From: Octopus vulgaris
Lineage: Eukaryota
NCBI GenBank assembly: GCA_951406725.2
Contig: OX597821.1
Coordinates: 11,098,001 to 11,162,000, forward strand
Direction of reading: 5' to 3'
Length of the DNA stretch: 64,000 bases
Shown here: piece after piece, positions 27,879-40,699 of the stretch
Numbering within the stretch: the first letter of the stretch is position 1
Layout: every line of letters starts with the position of its first letter
Position numbers and translations under genes: made by a program
The notes under the pieces: generated by a model
Database searches by the model: none
Told to the model about the DNA's origin: nothing
The model's input: the letters and a program-made list of their open reading frames with translations, nothing else

Positions 27879-28432
27879 CAGGGGCTGGACAAAGTAATGG
27901 AAAAACCAAGCATCATATCATCATAATTTTGAAATACCTATAAAACCGTCGAAAAATTGTTTATTTTTATGTTTTTATTTATTTATTATTAGTGTTGTTT
28001 AATATGTTTTGCTAAAATTGCTGTTTCTTTTCAGATATCATCAGAAAAAGATAATTAAAATTCATTAAAATGACAAATATATCGGGCTTCCAAAGCGGTC
28101 ATCACAACCTTTGTTTTTCAGAGCTCGTTGTTAGGGGAGGTTTTCAGTGCTTCAATTTGTCCGAACCAATGCCTCGTCGAAGCAAAACCCCGGAAGAGAA
28201 CCAAAACATTCAAATAGGAACCGTCAAACTCTTACGCGAACTGTTAGAAAGGATTCCAAAAGTACAGCCCCCAAATTAGTACAAAATGTACAGCCAAAAC
28301 CTGGATTTCATGGGAAGGCTGTAATCAGAAAACAACTACTTTCAAAAATAAACATTGCAAAGCATTTAGAGTCGAGTAAAAACCTATAGAATTGGTCCCT
28401 AGAGCAGTGGAAGAATTTTATTTTCTTGGACA
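27879..28432 (+). mobile_element. 5' fragment of Tc1-type element
   Basis: Starts TA|caggggctggacaaagtaatgg; MTNISGFQSG, SSKQNPGREPKHSNRNRQTLTRTVRK, GFHGKAVIRKQLLS, WSLEQWKNFIF (Tc1/Tc3 HTH region). Confidence 0.8.
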
Positions 28433-28869
28433 AGAAATCCATTACCTTAATTCTTCATATCTTTGCCTCACAATTAGAAGCTACTACAAGTTGGTATTTC
28501 CTCTAACTCTTACCCCCCACCATTCTTCTATCTTTTACACTGTAATACCTTTCTCTCTCTATCTCCACTCCTACTGTCTGATATATACCTTAATTCTTCT
28601 TTTTCCGTTTTTCTTTTTTCTTTATGCCCTTTACTCATATCTTCAGGGTTTTATTCTTTATTTTTTATTGTTTTATTATTTTGTTATTTTTACTAATATT
28701 ATTTTTCATTTCTCTTTCACTCTTTCTTTCTCTCCTCCTTTTGTTCTTTCTTTTTATCTCTCTTTTCTTTTCTCTTTATTTCATTCCTTTCTTCTTGTTT
28801 TCAATTTAACCATACTAATACACTACATATTTCTAGGTCATTTTAAATACAAACCTTTGACTCTGCAAC

Positions 28870-29290
28870 ACTGTATATAAATTCCTTACTGGGAATAACG
28901 AAGTTTAAAAATCTGCTGGATCTCACTCCTAAGGGAATCTTACATTGCTTATAAACGCTATATTTAGAAGGACTCATATGAATCTCTGTCGAACTTTTGG
29001 ACTTTATTCACAGGATATTGGAATATTGCATATATACTACTATGCCAATAAAAAGGATTTTACAAATTGAATACCCATACATATCTTACATCTATTTTCT
29101 TTCCTCCACCTCACTCTCTATTTTTTATCACATCGAAACTAACTATGATTTAATTTTTCTTCTCACACCGTCTCCAATGAAGGGATATTATTAATTAATA
29201 TCCTAGAAGCAGCTGTAAGAACTTCTATCTATAAATGCTCTAATATCGAAACAGCCTTGTTTTTTTTATCTTATTTACGCAAAAACTTCT
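28870..29290 (+). mobile_element. Probable Penelope-like 3' end/pLTR with decayed hammerhead (29171-29220)
   Basis: ctccAATGAagggatattattaattaatatcctaGAAGcagctgTAaga: hairpin stem II and palindromic stem III, with both core boxes mutated. Confidence 0.45.
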
Positions 29291-29314
29291 AATATATATA
29301 TATATAATATATAT

Positions 29315-29352
<38 letters not shown>

Positions 29353-29483
29353 CATATATATATGTATGCGTATATATATATATATATATATGTGTATGTT
29401 TATATATATATAATATATATATATGTATATATGTATGTATATATATATATATATATATATTTATTTTATATATATATAATATA

Positions 29484-29546
<63 letters not shown>

Positions 29547-29589
29547 GACGAGCTTCTTTCAGTTGCCATCTACCATATGCATTCACAAT

Positions 29590-30320
29590 TTAAATAATGA
29601 AGGCAGAAATTAATATTAAATGATACTAATTTAAACCAGTGTCCAGCATACTTAAAAACTGTCTGTGGACTATAAATTATATTTAAATATATAAAAGTAA
29701 GAGAAAGAACCACCAGTTGGCTTCCTAAAATGCTAGATATGGACGCCAAATCGTCTTACCATGAAGAATATGTTTTCAAAATTAGCATACGATTTGGCGT
29801 CTATTTCTAGCATATTTGGAAGTCACCTAGTGGTTCATCCTTTTATCTTTATATATTTAGAATATAATTTATAGTCATCTGACAGTGCTTAACTATGCTG
29901 ACCACTGGTATAAATTAGTATTATTTAATAATATTAATTTCTACCCTCATTATTTCAATCTTAAATAGTCATGCTCTCTAGCCAGTAGAATCGCTGCGGA
30001 GCTTTATTAATCTGCAAAGTTCTTTCTGGTTTGGTGTGCTTGTATACGCAGGTGTTCTCTCAAAAAGGCGATTGGTATCTAGTGCCATTGCTTATGTGTC
30101 TGCGGTGATCTTACTAATGAGCTACAGATAATTATTTATTTAATTATTAATAGCGTAATCTTAAAGTATGTGATTAACTACTTTCTTTTGTTTCCGTTCA
30201 TTTGTCTTGCTCACAAACATCTAGCATATGCTACATTTGAGAACATATTCTTCGAGCTAAAACGATTTGGCGTCTATTTGTAGTACATTAGGAAGCCACC
30301 TGGTGGTTCATCTCCTTATA
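29590..30320. mobile_element. Approximately 370-bp imperfect palindrome (29590-29958) plus a third arm copy (30262-30320)
   Basis: aaataatga.ggcagaaattaatatt..gacgccaaatcgt is mirrored by acgatttggcgtct..aatattaatttctaccctcattattt; shares sequence with 21880-22450. Confidence 0.8.
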
Positions 30321-30354
30321 TATATATATATCCAAGAAATTTAAATATTATTAA

Positions 30355-30630
30355 AAATAGTGTTACCATCCAGCAATAATAAAGCGGTATAAAAAGTAGA
30401 TTTATTAATATACAAAGATGATGTATACGAAGTACGATCTTTGCTAGAAATAGCAGCCAGTAAGCAAACATGTTGTCGAACATTGTCACATTCAGTGAAG
30501 ATCTACATTGCGCCGCTGATAGCTTACCGGCTGCTATTTCTTGCAATGCTCGTACTTCGTGTACGTCAGTTTTGTATATACATAGCTCTATCTTTTAAGG
30601 TGCTTTATTCTTGTTGGATAGTGATATTAT
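30355..30630. repeat. Imperfect fold-back repeat
   Basis: atccagcaataataaagc..tacgaagtacga..agaaatagcagccagtaagc is mirrored by gcttaccggctgctatttct..tcgtacttcgtg..gctttattcttgttggat. Confidence 0.75.
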
Positions 30631-30809
30631 TTATATATCTTACATATATATGTAAGTCGTATATATGTCGTATGCATGTATAGATATGTGTGTGTGTGCG
30701 TGTGCGTGTGTGTGTGTGCTTGTGTGTGTCTGTGTTTGTCCCCCAACATCGCTTGACAACCGTAACTTAGCGGTTCGACAAAAAAGACCGGTAAAATAAG
30801 TACCAGGCT

Positions 30810-33050
30810 GCCGCTTGTGTGAGTTTATTCTGGTTTATGTATTTTTATTGTTATTGCACTATTTGTTAGCCTGTTATTGTTAATACCTGTCAAAATTGAA
30901 CTGATCGTTGGGTCAACAAAAATTTTCACCCCACGAGGCAGAAAATTGTGTTTTGCCTGAAATTAATGTCTTCGTTTATTTTTTACCCGTTGCAGGTTAA
31001 AATATTGGTTTTTGTCATTTGTTGACAAAAAATTCTTATTTTTCTTCGTAAAATTTTGACAGAAACCATTTTGTACAAAATGGAATTTGATTAACGGTCT
31101 AAAGAGGACTTCCCGGAGATGGAAATGACAAGTAATAACGAAACAAGTCAAAAAGGTGAAACGAAAAAACCCAGTTATTCGGCAGCTGTAGGAGGAAATT
31201 TACAGAAATGAACTTGACTAAGGAACAACTGTTCATATTCAAGAACTTAATTAAGAAAGTGGCAATGATAACAAATTATTGCCACCACAAGAAACATTAC
31301 AACGTCTGATAGCAAGAACAGTCGTATACAAAAATTATAACAAAAACGAGAAAAGAATCATGACAGCGAAAAATGAGATTAAGTTAGGTTGTATAAATAT
31401 ACGTGGCTTGGGGTCGAGATGGAAACAAACTTCTCCTCTGAACAGCCTCAGGTCACTAGACATTGATATATGTGTTGTGACTGAGTCCAAGATGAACGGG
31501 CCACAAACATTCTCACCTCTACTAAACGGCTACGAGAAATTTATTTCTCCTAGTCGGCTGGGAGGCGAGTGTGTGGTGGTGGCATTCAGAAAATTCTTGG
31601 ACGTACAGGTAAGTAAAGTGTTTCTGGACCCAGGAATTAGGCTGGTCGTTCTAGATGTGGCATACACAAGTAAGCAGTCCTTCAGGTTGGTAGCTGTCTA
31701 CGCTCCTAAAAAGTGTAGATAAGCTGGTTCTTTTCGACGCTTGAAAAGCTTCTTAGTGACGTCAACAACACTAGTTTTATTAGGAGACATTAACACTATT
31801 CTCGACGCACGGCAGGATAGTTTTGGTTCGACCAATAGAATGGGAACCTAGTCTCAAAAGGCTACAACGAAGCAATAACCTAGTAGACCGATATAGACTG
31901 GATGAACCGCTCGTTCGACAGTGGACGTGGACTAATGATGATGGAGCACACAGATCTTATTTAGAAAGGATATTTGTTAAAGATAGAGATAGGAATACAT
32001 TTAGCTGCCCCCCCTTTTGTTGTGTCCCTTACACGGATCACAAATTTCTGACGTGTGAGGTGTACCTAGATAAGTGTCATGGACAGGGACCAAGGTACTG
32101 GAAGATGAACAAGTCTATTTTGACTTGTATAATCGCCCGTGCTCGGATTAAGGAGTTAATGCAGAGGGTATTATGCGGTGCCATCATTAATAACAAATTC
32201 GCCCTCAAGCGAGCCATTCTTTCTGAGTCTCTCAGATTTAGTAATCAACTGAGTTTAGTGATGACTAGAATAGAAAGGAACTTAACTAAAGAATTAGAAG
32301 AGGCCATGGAATGTGTCTCTGCATCCGGAGTGATGGCGTTGAGAGCGGTTTTGTTCCATCACCTCAAAGCCAGACATAAAGGGTTTAGAGTCAGGGCTAA
32401 GTTACGTGCGGAGGGGAGAGAGGGTATTAATGTTGCCGGATGGGCACATCGTGTGGAGAGTCGGAGAGGCAGAGAAACCTCTATAAATCATTAACGGACA
32501 AACATCAGCGTACGATCAAAGGACAGGAAATGCAAAAGGTTTTTCACCAGCATTTCGCCTGGTTGTTCGAGGATGGCGGCACGCTGGACCGTGGGAAATC
32601 CCTAAAGGACTTGCTCGCTGGGAGGTCGCGAATCTCGGCGCGGGAGGCAGAATACTGTGAAGGGCAGATTACAGCTGCGGAGAACTAGAATGCAAGGAAT
32701 CGTGACAGGATCCTTCAACTTCGGCCCTGGTCTGCTGTATTACTTCAGATATCATCTGAAGAGCAATATAGGGCTGGTGAGGAAACACATGTTGCGAAGA
32801 TATTCCAGAAAAGATGGAAGAATGTAGCAAGGAATTTCGTTGTGATTGTCCCTACTTAATATCATTCGTGGTAGAAGCAACGGTGTAGTCGCTGTACTTC
32901 ACGGCCATAGTCTGTGTGTTAAAAGTGGGGATTTTTGAAAATTATTATATATATCATCGAATTTTTAAATTATCATAATATGAACTCTCATAGCACTATT
33001 TATCTGTAACGTCCTTTTTCTGTATATGATATAAATTATCATTATAAAGA
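30810..33050 (+). mobile_element. L1/Tx1-clade LINE remnant: ORF1 start, APE endonuclease, RT missing, probable 3' end
   Basis: KPSYSAAV (ORF1-like), LGCINIRGL..ICVVTESK, RLVAVYAP, LLGDIN, WTW..SYLERIFV, YTDHKFL, GPRYWKMNKSIL, EGQITAAE; no RT motifs follow. Confidence 0.85.
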
Positions 33051-33321
33051 ATCCTTCTTAGGTACATCTGATCGGCAAAAATCAACACACTCGAAAAATC
33101 GATGTCTCAGATTCCCGAGAGAGGGCGACACTGAATGAATGGGGTGTTTTCAGACCTTTTATGTATAAGAGAAAATTTTCTTCTCCTCAGTAGCTATAGT
33201 GTATTTGCCTTTAGCAGCTGAAATATGTGAGAAACATATTTCTACTAACCTAAATTTGGATTATACGTAAACACGACTTAGCACATTTACTCCGACATAT
33301 ATATATATATATATATATATG

Positions 33322-33538
33322 CCAGTCCATCGCAGCGTTACCTAAAAAACAGGAAGAAAGAGTGAAAGAAAGTTGGGGCGAAATAATGCAACAGGGGTCG
33401 CCACCACCCGCTGCCGGAGCCTCGTGGAGCTTTAGGTGTTTTCACTCAATAAACACACACAGCGCCCGGTCTGAGAATCGAAACCGCGATCGTCCGACCG
33501 CGAGTCCACTGCCCTAACCACTGGGGCATTGCGCCTCC
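33322..33538 (-). mobile_element. SINE family D, 5' part
   Basis: Matches 5670-5858. Confidence 0.88.
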
Positions 33539-34270
33539 ACCTTTATCATTTACTAACTAAGAATATTTCAGTTTCGTTTCTAATAGCTTCACAACCTCTT
33601 TACGAGTCTTTTAGTTAATTTATTCATTTATTCACAAAGAAGATTACATTATAAATTAAACACGAGTTATTGTGATTGTTGCAATATGAAGATTTTGGGA
33701 AATCAGCCAATGCAAATGAAAATAAACTTTTATCCAAATAAGTAAACTGCCTTCTGGGATTGTATAATAACTGTAATTGAGACAAAACTTATGATCTTAG
33801 AAATTTAAATCCCTAGAGGTGTAGATATAATTTCTAAGCTAAAATATAGAACTAATATTGTGGTTTAATCTATTATTCCAATATTTCATCTAGTATATAT
33901 GTTTCATATTGTTGATATAATTTTAATGAATTGTTTAAAAGAATGACAAGAATACTCAAGAGATGATGTTTAAAACATCAAGCGTATCAAGTAAATGTCC
34001 CTTTAAAATTGATTAGAAGTAAATAATTGGATAAAACTTCCAACGTCCTTTCACCTCCTCACTCCCTTTTTTGTCGATACTAGCAGTACGAATTTCTGTA
34101 TGTGTGCGTGTGCGTGCATGTATGCGTGTGAGTGTGTTTGTCTATAAGTGTGAGTATGTGTGCGTGTGCTATTGTGAGTGTATATAGTTACATATTTATA
34201 TATGTGTATGTGTTGATAAATACATGCGTGAATATGTGCCTATACACATAAGCATATATATAAGCATGTG

Positions 34271-34588
34271 AGGGCGCGTGGCTTAGTGGTTAGGGCATTC
34301 GGCTCATGATCGTAAGGTTGTGAGTTCGATTCCCGGCGACGCGTTGTGTCCTTGAGCAAGACACTTTATTTCACGTTGCTCCAGTCCACTCAGCTGGCAA
34401 AAATGAGTTGTACTTGTATTTCAAAGGGTCAGCCTTGTCACTCTCTGTGTCACGCTGATTATCCCCGAGAACTACGTTAAGGGTACACGTGTCTGTGGAA
34501 TGCTCAGCCATTTGCACGTTAATTTCACGAGCAAGCTGTTCCGTTGATCGTATCAGCTGGGACCCTCGTCGTCGTAACCGGCGGAGTC
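34271..34588 (+). mobile_element. tRNA-derived SINE family A, full length
   Basis: A box tggcttagtgg, B box gagttcgattccc, core gtgtccttgagcaagacacttt..ccagtccactcagctg (Meta/MESC- or CORE-like); 3' half matches 1-172. Confidence 0.9.
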
Positions 34589-34610
34589 TTTTATTTTTAA
34601 ATATATAAGC

Positions 34611-34643
<33 letters not shown>

Positions 34644-34666
34644 TATATAGGTTGCTACATAGATGG

Positions 34667-34747
<81 letters not shown>

Positions 34748-35560
34748 TATATGTATATACATACACACGTATATATATATATATTCATTTAAACATGATG
34801 CATACGAAGACATAGTGAGGACATAAACATGTATGCTTGTATGTGAGTGTGCCCATGTATGCTTGTATGTGAGTCTGCGTGTGTGCTTGCAGTTATGTAT
34901 TTTCGCGTAGTATATACAACTGTTTCTGTGTGTGCATGAATAAGGCTTCCTTCTTTAGGGGTTAAACATATATCTACAGGAATATTCGCAAGCCTACCGA
35001 TGACGAGAGAATGAGTGGAGCCAATGCATGTAAGCTTTTCTTCTCCATGACATTTGCATATCGGTCAAATGATTTTGGTATGTTCTATCACTGCTAACTT
35101 CGTGCAAAATTGTAACAACATAAGAATTTCAGTTATATTTGGTTGGAATCTGACGCTAGTATAAACATCACACGTTAAAACCATGACTGCATTTAACCGC
35201 CGAGCAATATCTAATGCAACGTCTCCAGTTTGTGGACACCTTCCTCCAGACAGTCTCGAAGAATTTGTAAAGTATTATGCGCACTACCTTTGCTCCCGAT
35301 TAAAGATAAAGAAAATTACTGATCCTTCATTTCATTTTATAATAAACCCACATTATTACATTTCCATATTTTTTCCAATTGTTTTATTGCATTTGTTTCC
35401 TGCACCCATTTACCTCTTGCACACAAACACGTATTGATGCCCGTGAACTTAATATAAGTTTTACGCATTCACAAAACATATCCAGACTTACGCAAGGCTT
35501 TGGCACCTGGTAAGATAATATCATTACTTGCTAATAGGAAACTTTAGTATGCGCGCGCGC

Positions 35561-35605
<45 letters not shown>

Positions 35606-35611
35606 GACACA

Positions 35612-35718
<107 letters not shown>

Positions 35719-35827
35719 AAGTATATATATATATATATATTGAGAGAGGGGTGAGGAAGATAGATACACACGTGTGTATACATGTACATATATGTACTCG
35801 AATACAATATTACTACACATGTGTTTT

Positions 35828-35871
<44 letters not shown>

Positions 35872-36343
35872 CACTCACACGCTCACCCACATACTTATAC
35901 AAACACACCCCCACACATATGTATCGCTATGTTTTTCTTACTATTTTACATTAACAGGGAGTCCAAGTGCGTTCAATTCCTGTAGGCATAATTGATATTT
36001 AATAGTTATTATTAATTATATTTTGAACACAGCTAGTTCTGTATATTCATATAAATTTAATTGCCACATCATATATACAATTCGAGTTCTTTCAGTCACC
36101 AAGTGCGTAATGTAAAACGGAATATAATAGCTTGATGAAATTTTTCCCTCGTATATATACAACCCTTTTCTTATACTGTTCCTGACTTAGTCACCAACTG
36201 CATTTCGAAGTGGAGTAGGGGTTCATTAATGTTTTGCAGTAATTCATTATAGTTGTTTCCTTATGTTTCAGAGTCATCAGAACTTTAATTTGCAAAGTGA
36301 ATTTTTATCCTTTATAGCTGTATTTCTTGCTTCTATCAAAGCT

Positions 36344-36561
36344 ACGATGATGCGCTTAAACGTTCCCGGATTTGGATAAAAGAATATCCAGGAGAATCAA
36401 TTAATTATGATTTTATCCAGTATATTCCTCTCTCAGATTCACACACTTATTGCAACGGTCCTTCAGTTTCTATGAACACTGTAAAAGAACTAGGAAAGTT
36501 GGGCCTCCAAACAAGCCTTTCGCGATATCTTTAAAGCCAGGAATTATTCAACACCCCTTTG
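36344..36561. mobile_element. Short mariner-derived MITE
   Basis: Degenerate TIRs tacgatgatgcgcttaaacgttcccggattt / tacaaaggggtgttgaataattcctggcttt with TA flanks. Confidence 0.5.
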
Positions 36562-38176
36562 TATGTCATGTATGGATCTAATTGTCAAAAACTAAAGAAG
36601 GGAATATAGACAGCATTATATAGTCTTCGTCTACTTAAAAGGCGACGAACTGGTAGAACTGTTAGCACGCTGGGTAAAATGCTTAGCGGCATTTTCTCCG
36701 CCCTTACGTTCCCAGTTTAAATTCTGCTGGGGATGACTTTACTTTTCGTCCTCTAGGGGTCGATGACATAAGTAATAGATTTGATCCTTCAAGCATTGTG
36801 CCTATAGTAGAAAGGATTATGTATCCATTTACTTTGTTGTATAAAAACAAATGTAAGGTAAACTGTTTACCTTGCACAAGAGTGAAACGGAAAGATGAAT
36901 AGCAGAGTGATGGTTATTGTAACCATTAGCATTCTAATAGTTTCATCGTATATAGACTTACAAGCATTTCCCTTCAGCGAAACCTCTCTGACATATTCTT
37001 CAGTCCGATCTCTTTGATATGCGCACACACAAACGCACTAGCTTGCAGACAAACACTTACCCACAAGCATAATCATGCACATACACTAATTTATATTCAC
37101 TGGCATTCTTCTAAATAGGTCTTCACTCTGAAGCCATTCACTTCCTACTATACAGGCTTATATATATATATATATATATAAGTTTGTATATACTATACTG
37201 GCTTATATATATATATATATATTTCTTTACTACCCACAAGGGGCTAAACATAGAGGGGACAACGGAATGTAGAAATACACATACATCATGTTCTTGCTCT
37301 TCACATATACTCTTACACAGACACAAACGCTCACTAGCACATTCACACACACATACACACACAAGCGCTCAATGGCACAATTAATTGTACTACACTGAGA
37401 CACTTGTTTTGGCTGACGGGTTCGAATCCCCCATTTCTTTTGTTCCTCTTATTTCCGCTTGACCGCTTCTCACTCTGATATCACACACCCTACTTAAGCA
37501 GCTACTTCCCTCATGTAATTCTCAACTCTTCCCTGAAAACTGTTAATTTTCACCGTTTTTTGTTTTTTTTACTTCCCTTTCTGCCCATATATTTAAAATT
37601 TGGGTTTTCATCGTTTCATTAGTTATTTCATCCTATTCATGGATTATAACGGTCTCTTAGAAACCTCTTGTCTTCTTGACCCGCTACTATATATTCTCTG
37701 GAATCTTTGCCATCGTCATGTCATTTTACCAAGTTCTTCGATTATTCCTATTAAAGATTTTTTTTTTAACTAGCTAATTTGCTTCTTAAAGTATTTTCTT
37801 TGTTAGATCAAGCCATTTTTTTTTTGTCAGATCTATCCTTTCTTAAAAAGCTTTAACACCCAACGTGTCCCTCCTTATTAACTTACATGCAGATTACTAG
37901 CACCTTCCATTTTGCTTTTTGCCTTCCCACGTGATTTTTTGATAATTTCATTTCTTCGCAAACGTTGTCGCCTCATCAAATGCATGGTCCAACACTTACT
38001 CTTATCTATCAGCTTATTTATACAAAAAAAAAAATTACACGCCGTTGTACTTTATGCCTGCGTTTTAACAGACACAGCTTGAACTTGCATGGGCACTCCA
38101 GCACTCTCCCATCCATTAGCTCGCATAGAACAATGTTTTCCCTGTTTCAACACGCTTCACAATGTTTCACTAAATA

Positions 38177-39050
38177 CACTGGTCAACAACAAAAATGTTT
38201 CCGAGACTAGAATAGAGATTTCCAACTAAATCTGTGATTTTCCTAGTCAAATATTTTTTAAAACTTATAATAAATATTCATCGAGCAAGATTTTGATATT
38301 CATGTGAGACATATTAATTTCATTTTCCTACTGGAAAATCTAAATAATTCTGCTAAGCTATCGTGCTCTGTATTATAATGATGAATTTATGAATGAATTT
38401 TTTGTTTATCTTCTAATTGTTTGTTGCTGTTTTTTACTTTCAGATGTCTTGCACTTGTGTGAATAAGGCAGGCAACTTCTGCTACATTTGTGGTGAGGTG
38501 ACCTTGCATCACTAAGTGCCGTATGAATGCTATGGTTAGAAACGAATATCACCTATATTTTGGATGCAAGATTGGTGACCAGGATAAGAACTGTGCTCCT
38601 CGCATATGCTGCAACACTTGTGCTACTAACCTTCGCAAATGGTTGAACAGGAAGGGGAAAGGAATAATTTTTGCTATACCAATGACGTGGTAGGAGCCAA
38701 CAGACCATATGAACAACTGTTATTTATTCATGGTAACCCCTGTACAAAAGGACTTGTCAAAGAAGGAAAAGGTGTTTATTCAATATCCAAATATTCCATC
38801 ATCTTTTCACCCAGTTCCCATGGACATGGTCTACCTGTACCGTATCCTTCAAATCAGATGATGAAAGTGGTGAGGAGGAATCAGAGAAGGATGACAGTGC
38901 TGGATTACAGTGTGACCCAAATTTTGATGAAGCACACTCCTCTAGGCTACATCTCATAACATAAGGGGATCTCCATGACCTTGTCAGGCATCTTCAAATT
39001 CTCAAGAATAAGACATAGCTTTTGTCTTCAACAGTGGAATCTCCTAGGAG
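38177..39050 (+). mobile_element. Chapaev3 (CMC superfamily) transposon 5' fragment, decayed
   Basis: Starts CACTGGTCAACAACAAAA; from 38445 CVNKAGNFCYICGEVT..YHLYFGCKIGDQDKNCAPRICCNTC..FAIPMTW*EPTDHMNNCY, the Chapa zinc-binding motif; truncated by the RTE remnant. Confidence 0.75.
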
Positions 39051-39059
39051 CTGATGTGA

Positions 39060-40650
39060 AACCTGGAATCTCTCAAGTGCCGTCTCAAGTTGGCCCGTCT
39101 CAGAAGTTATTAAAAATATCCGGCCAACCTCTGAAGTATCGCATTATTTTTCTTTTTCATTAAGGTCACTTTAGATGATCTCACCTGACCAGTTATTTTT
39201 TGCATGGGTCGGAGACTTTCTTAATCTAATTGTAGAATTCATAGGTTTTGTTTTCTTCTGCAAAACGTCGAGCTTATTCCATCTTTCGAATACACAAAGC
39301 GCTTTGAAGATTTCTGATGAGACCTGTGCGCTGGTACAAGTATCCTTTCATTTGAGGCACAGGATTTCTAGAGCTAGAGTTGAGCTTCTTCTTCTCGGAC
39401 AGGAATGGTTGTATGACTTCAACCGGTTCATCAAACTAGTTGGGGAATGACGTGTAGATGTACTAAAGGTTGCCTTCGCTATGTCTTATGGAACATTGAG
39501 AAATGATTCCCAAAGGCTTTGATTTCCTTTCGGGTGACGTCAGCAGCTGGAGGATCTGAGATATGTGGTCATGATCTTTAATACCGCATTGAAGCTGAGT
39601 AGGCTTCTTAGTGCTGGAGAATGCAACAATGTTAAGACTACGAAAGGACTGTGATTTTTAGACTGGAGGCCTCAAAAACAAACATTCGGCACCCCTCATA
39701 GCACGGGTAAGGAAGACAGCCTTATGATCCCTTTGTCGAACAACCATAATGGAGAAAGAATCAGGATTTGGAACGAAGATATATCCAGAAGATTTTGTGG
39801 ATTGTTGGGAGCTGGAAAACTGTGTTTTTTAATGACCAGCGCATGTTGGGAACAGAGAGACTGAAGACGAAGACTATTGGCGTCCATTTGCCCAACACTA
39901 TCATGACAAATAACGCCGAGTCAGATGAGTGACCATGTCCTGCTCTGACATCGAAATCTTCCAGCAAAATAATCTTATTAGACATGACTATCCTTCGGAT
40001 GACATCGTCCAGGCACAGAAAGAATTTGTCCTCGTTTTTTTTAGGAGAGTCCAAAATGACGCTTAAACACTGATGTTAGTGGTGTATTAGCCTTCGAAGT
40101 GAGCAGGCCTCAGGCCGATGCGACGTTCATGCAGTCCAGTAGGAATTTATGCCATCCTATTTGCAATAGACGTCCACACAGTGAATGCCGCACCTTGAGT
40201 TCTGTTGTTGCAACCGCGGATACCCTTCCAGTAGAATGTGTATCCCTCTCCCTGTTCAGTGAGAGACTCTCCCTCAGTGAAGCCCCATTCGTTAAGAGCC
40301 GCTATGTGCTCATCATTTCAGTTCAGATGCAACCAAAGTTGTCATTCAATGAGGTCAATATGAGTTAGAAGATGAATGTAAATTCTGACGTTGCAGGAAG
40401 CTATTTGCAGTTTCTTGAAGTTTCAACAGCATGAGACGGGTGAGACTGTTAGGTATGGTTTCCTAACCGGGTAGAATAGGACAAACATAGATTGGACTAC
40501 CTTTCTAGGCCGTTGCTTGGATTCAGATAGGCAGTGCCTCTTCTAAATAGGGCTGCTGACACACATGAGCAGGACCGAAAAAGTATGTTCTCTCCATGCG
40601 CAGACTTCAGCGTTTATATAACTCATACCGCCACTGAGCATGCTTCAGGC
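39060..40650 (-). mobile_element. RTE-clade LINE remnant (APE endonuclease region)
   Basis: DKFFLCLDDVIRRIVMSNKIILLEDFDVRAG, MDANSLRLQSLCSQHAL, NTVFQLP..FWIYLRSKS match the RTE endonuclease pattern; many frameshifts. Confidence 0.75.
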
Positions 40651-40699
40651 TAGAAACTTCCGGCATCATACATGCTGGCCTACGTCAGCAGATTCTCAT

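Noticed and set aside
28392-28880. 162-aa hydrophobic ORF resembling a membrane protein
   Set aside because: It derives from T/C-rich low-complexity DNA, and its start overlaps the Tc1 remnant.
34271-34345. tRNA-like A and B boxes here and at 5122, 37365-37430, 42600 and 58478
   Set aside because: These are SINE heads without a complete cloverleaf, and most continue into repeat bodies; not tRNA genes.
35183-35437. ORF containing SPVCG, resembling the Kazal PVCG motif
   Set aside because: No other Kazal cysteines or GxTY motif, and it lies downstream of the candidate terminal exon; probably chance.
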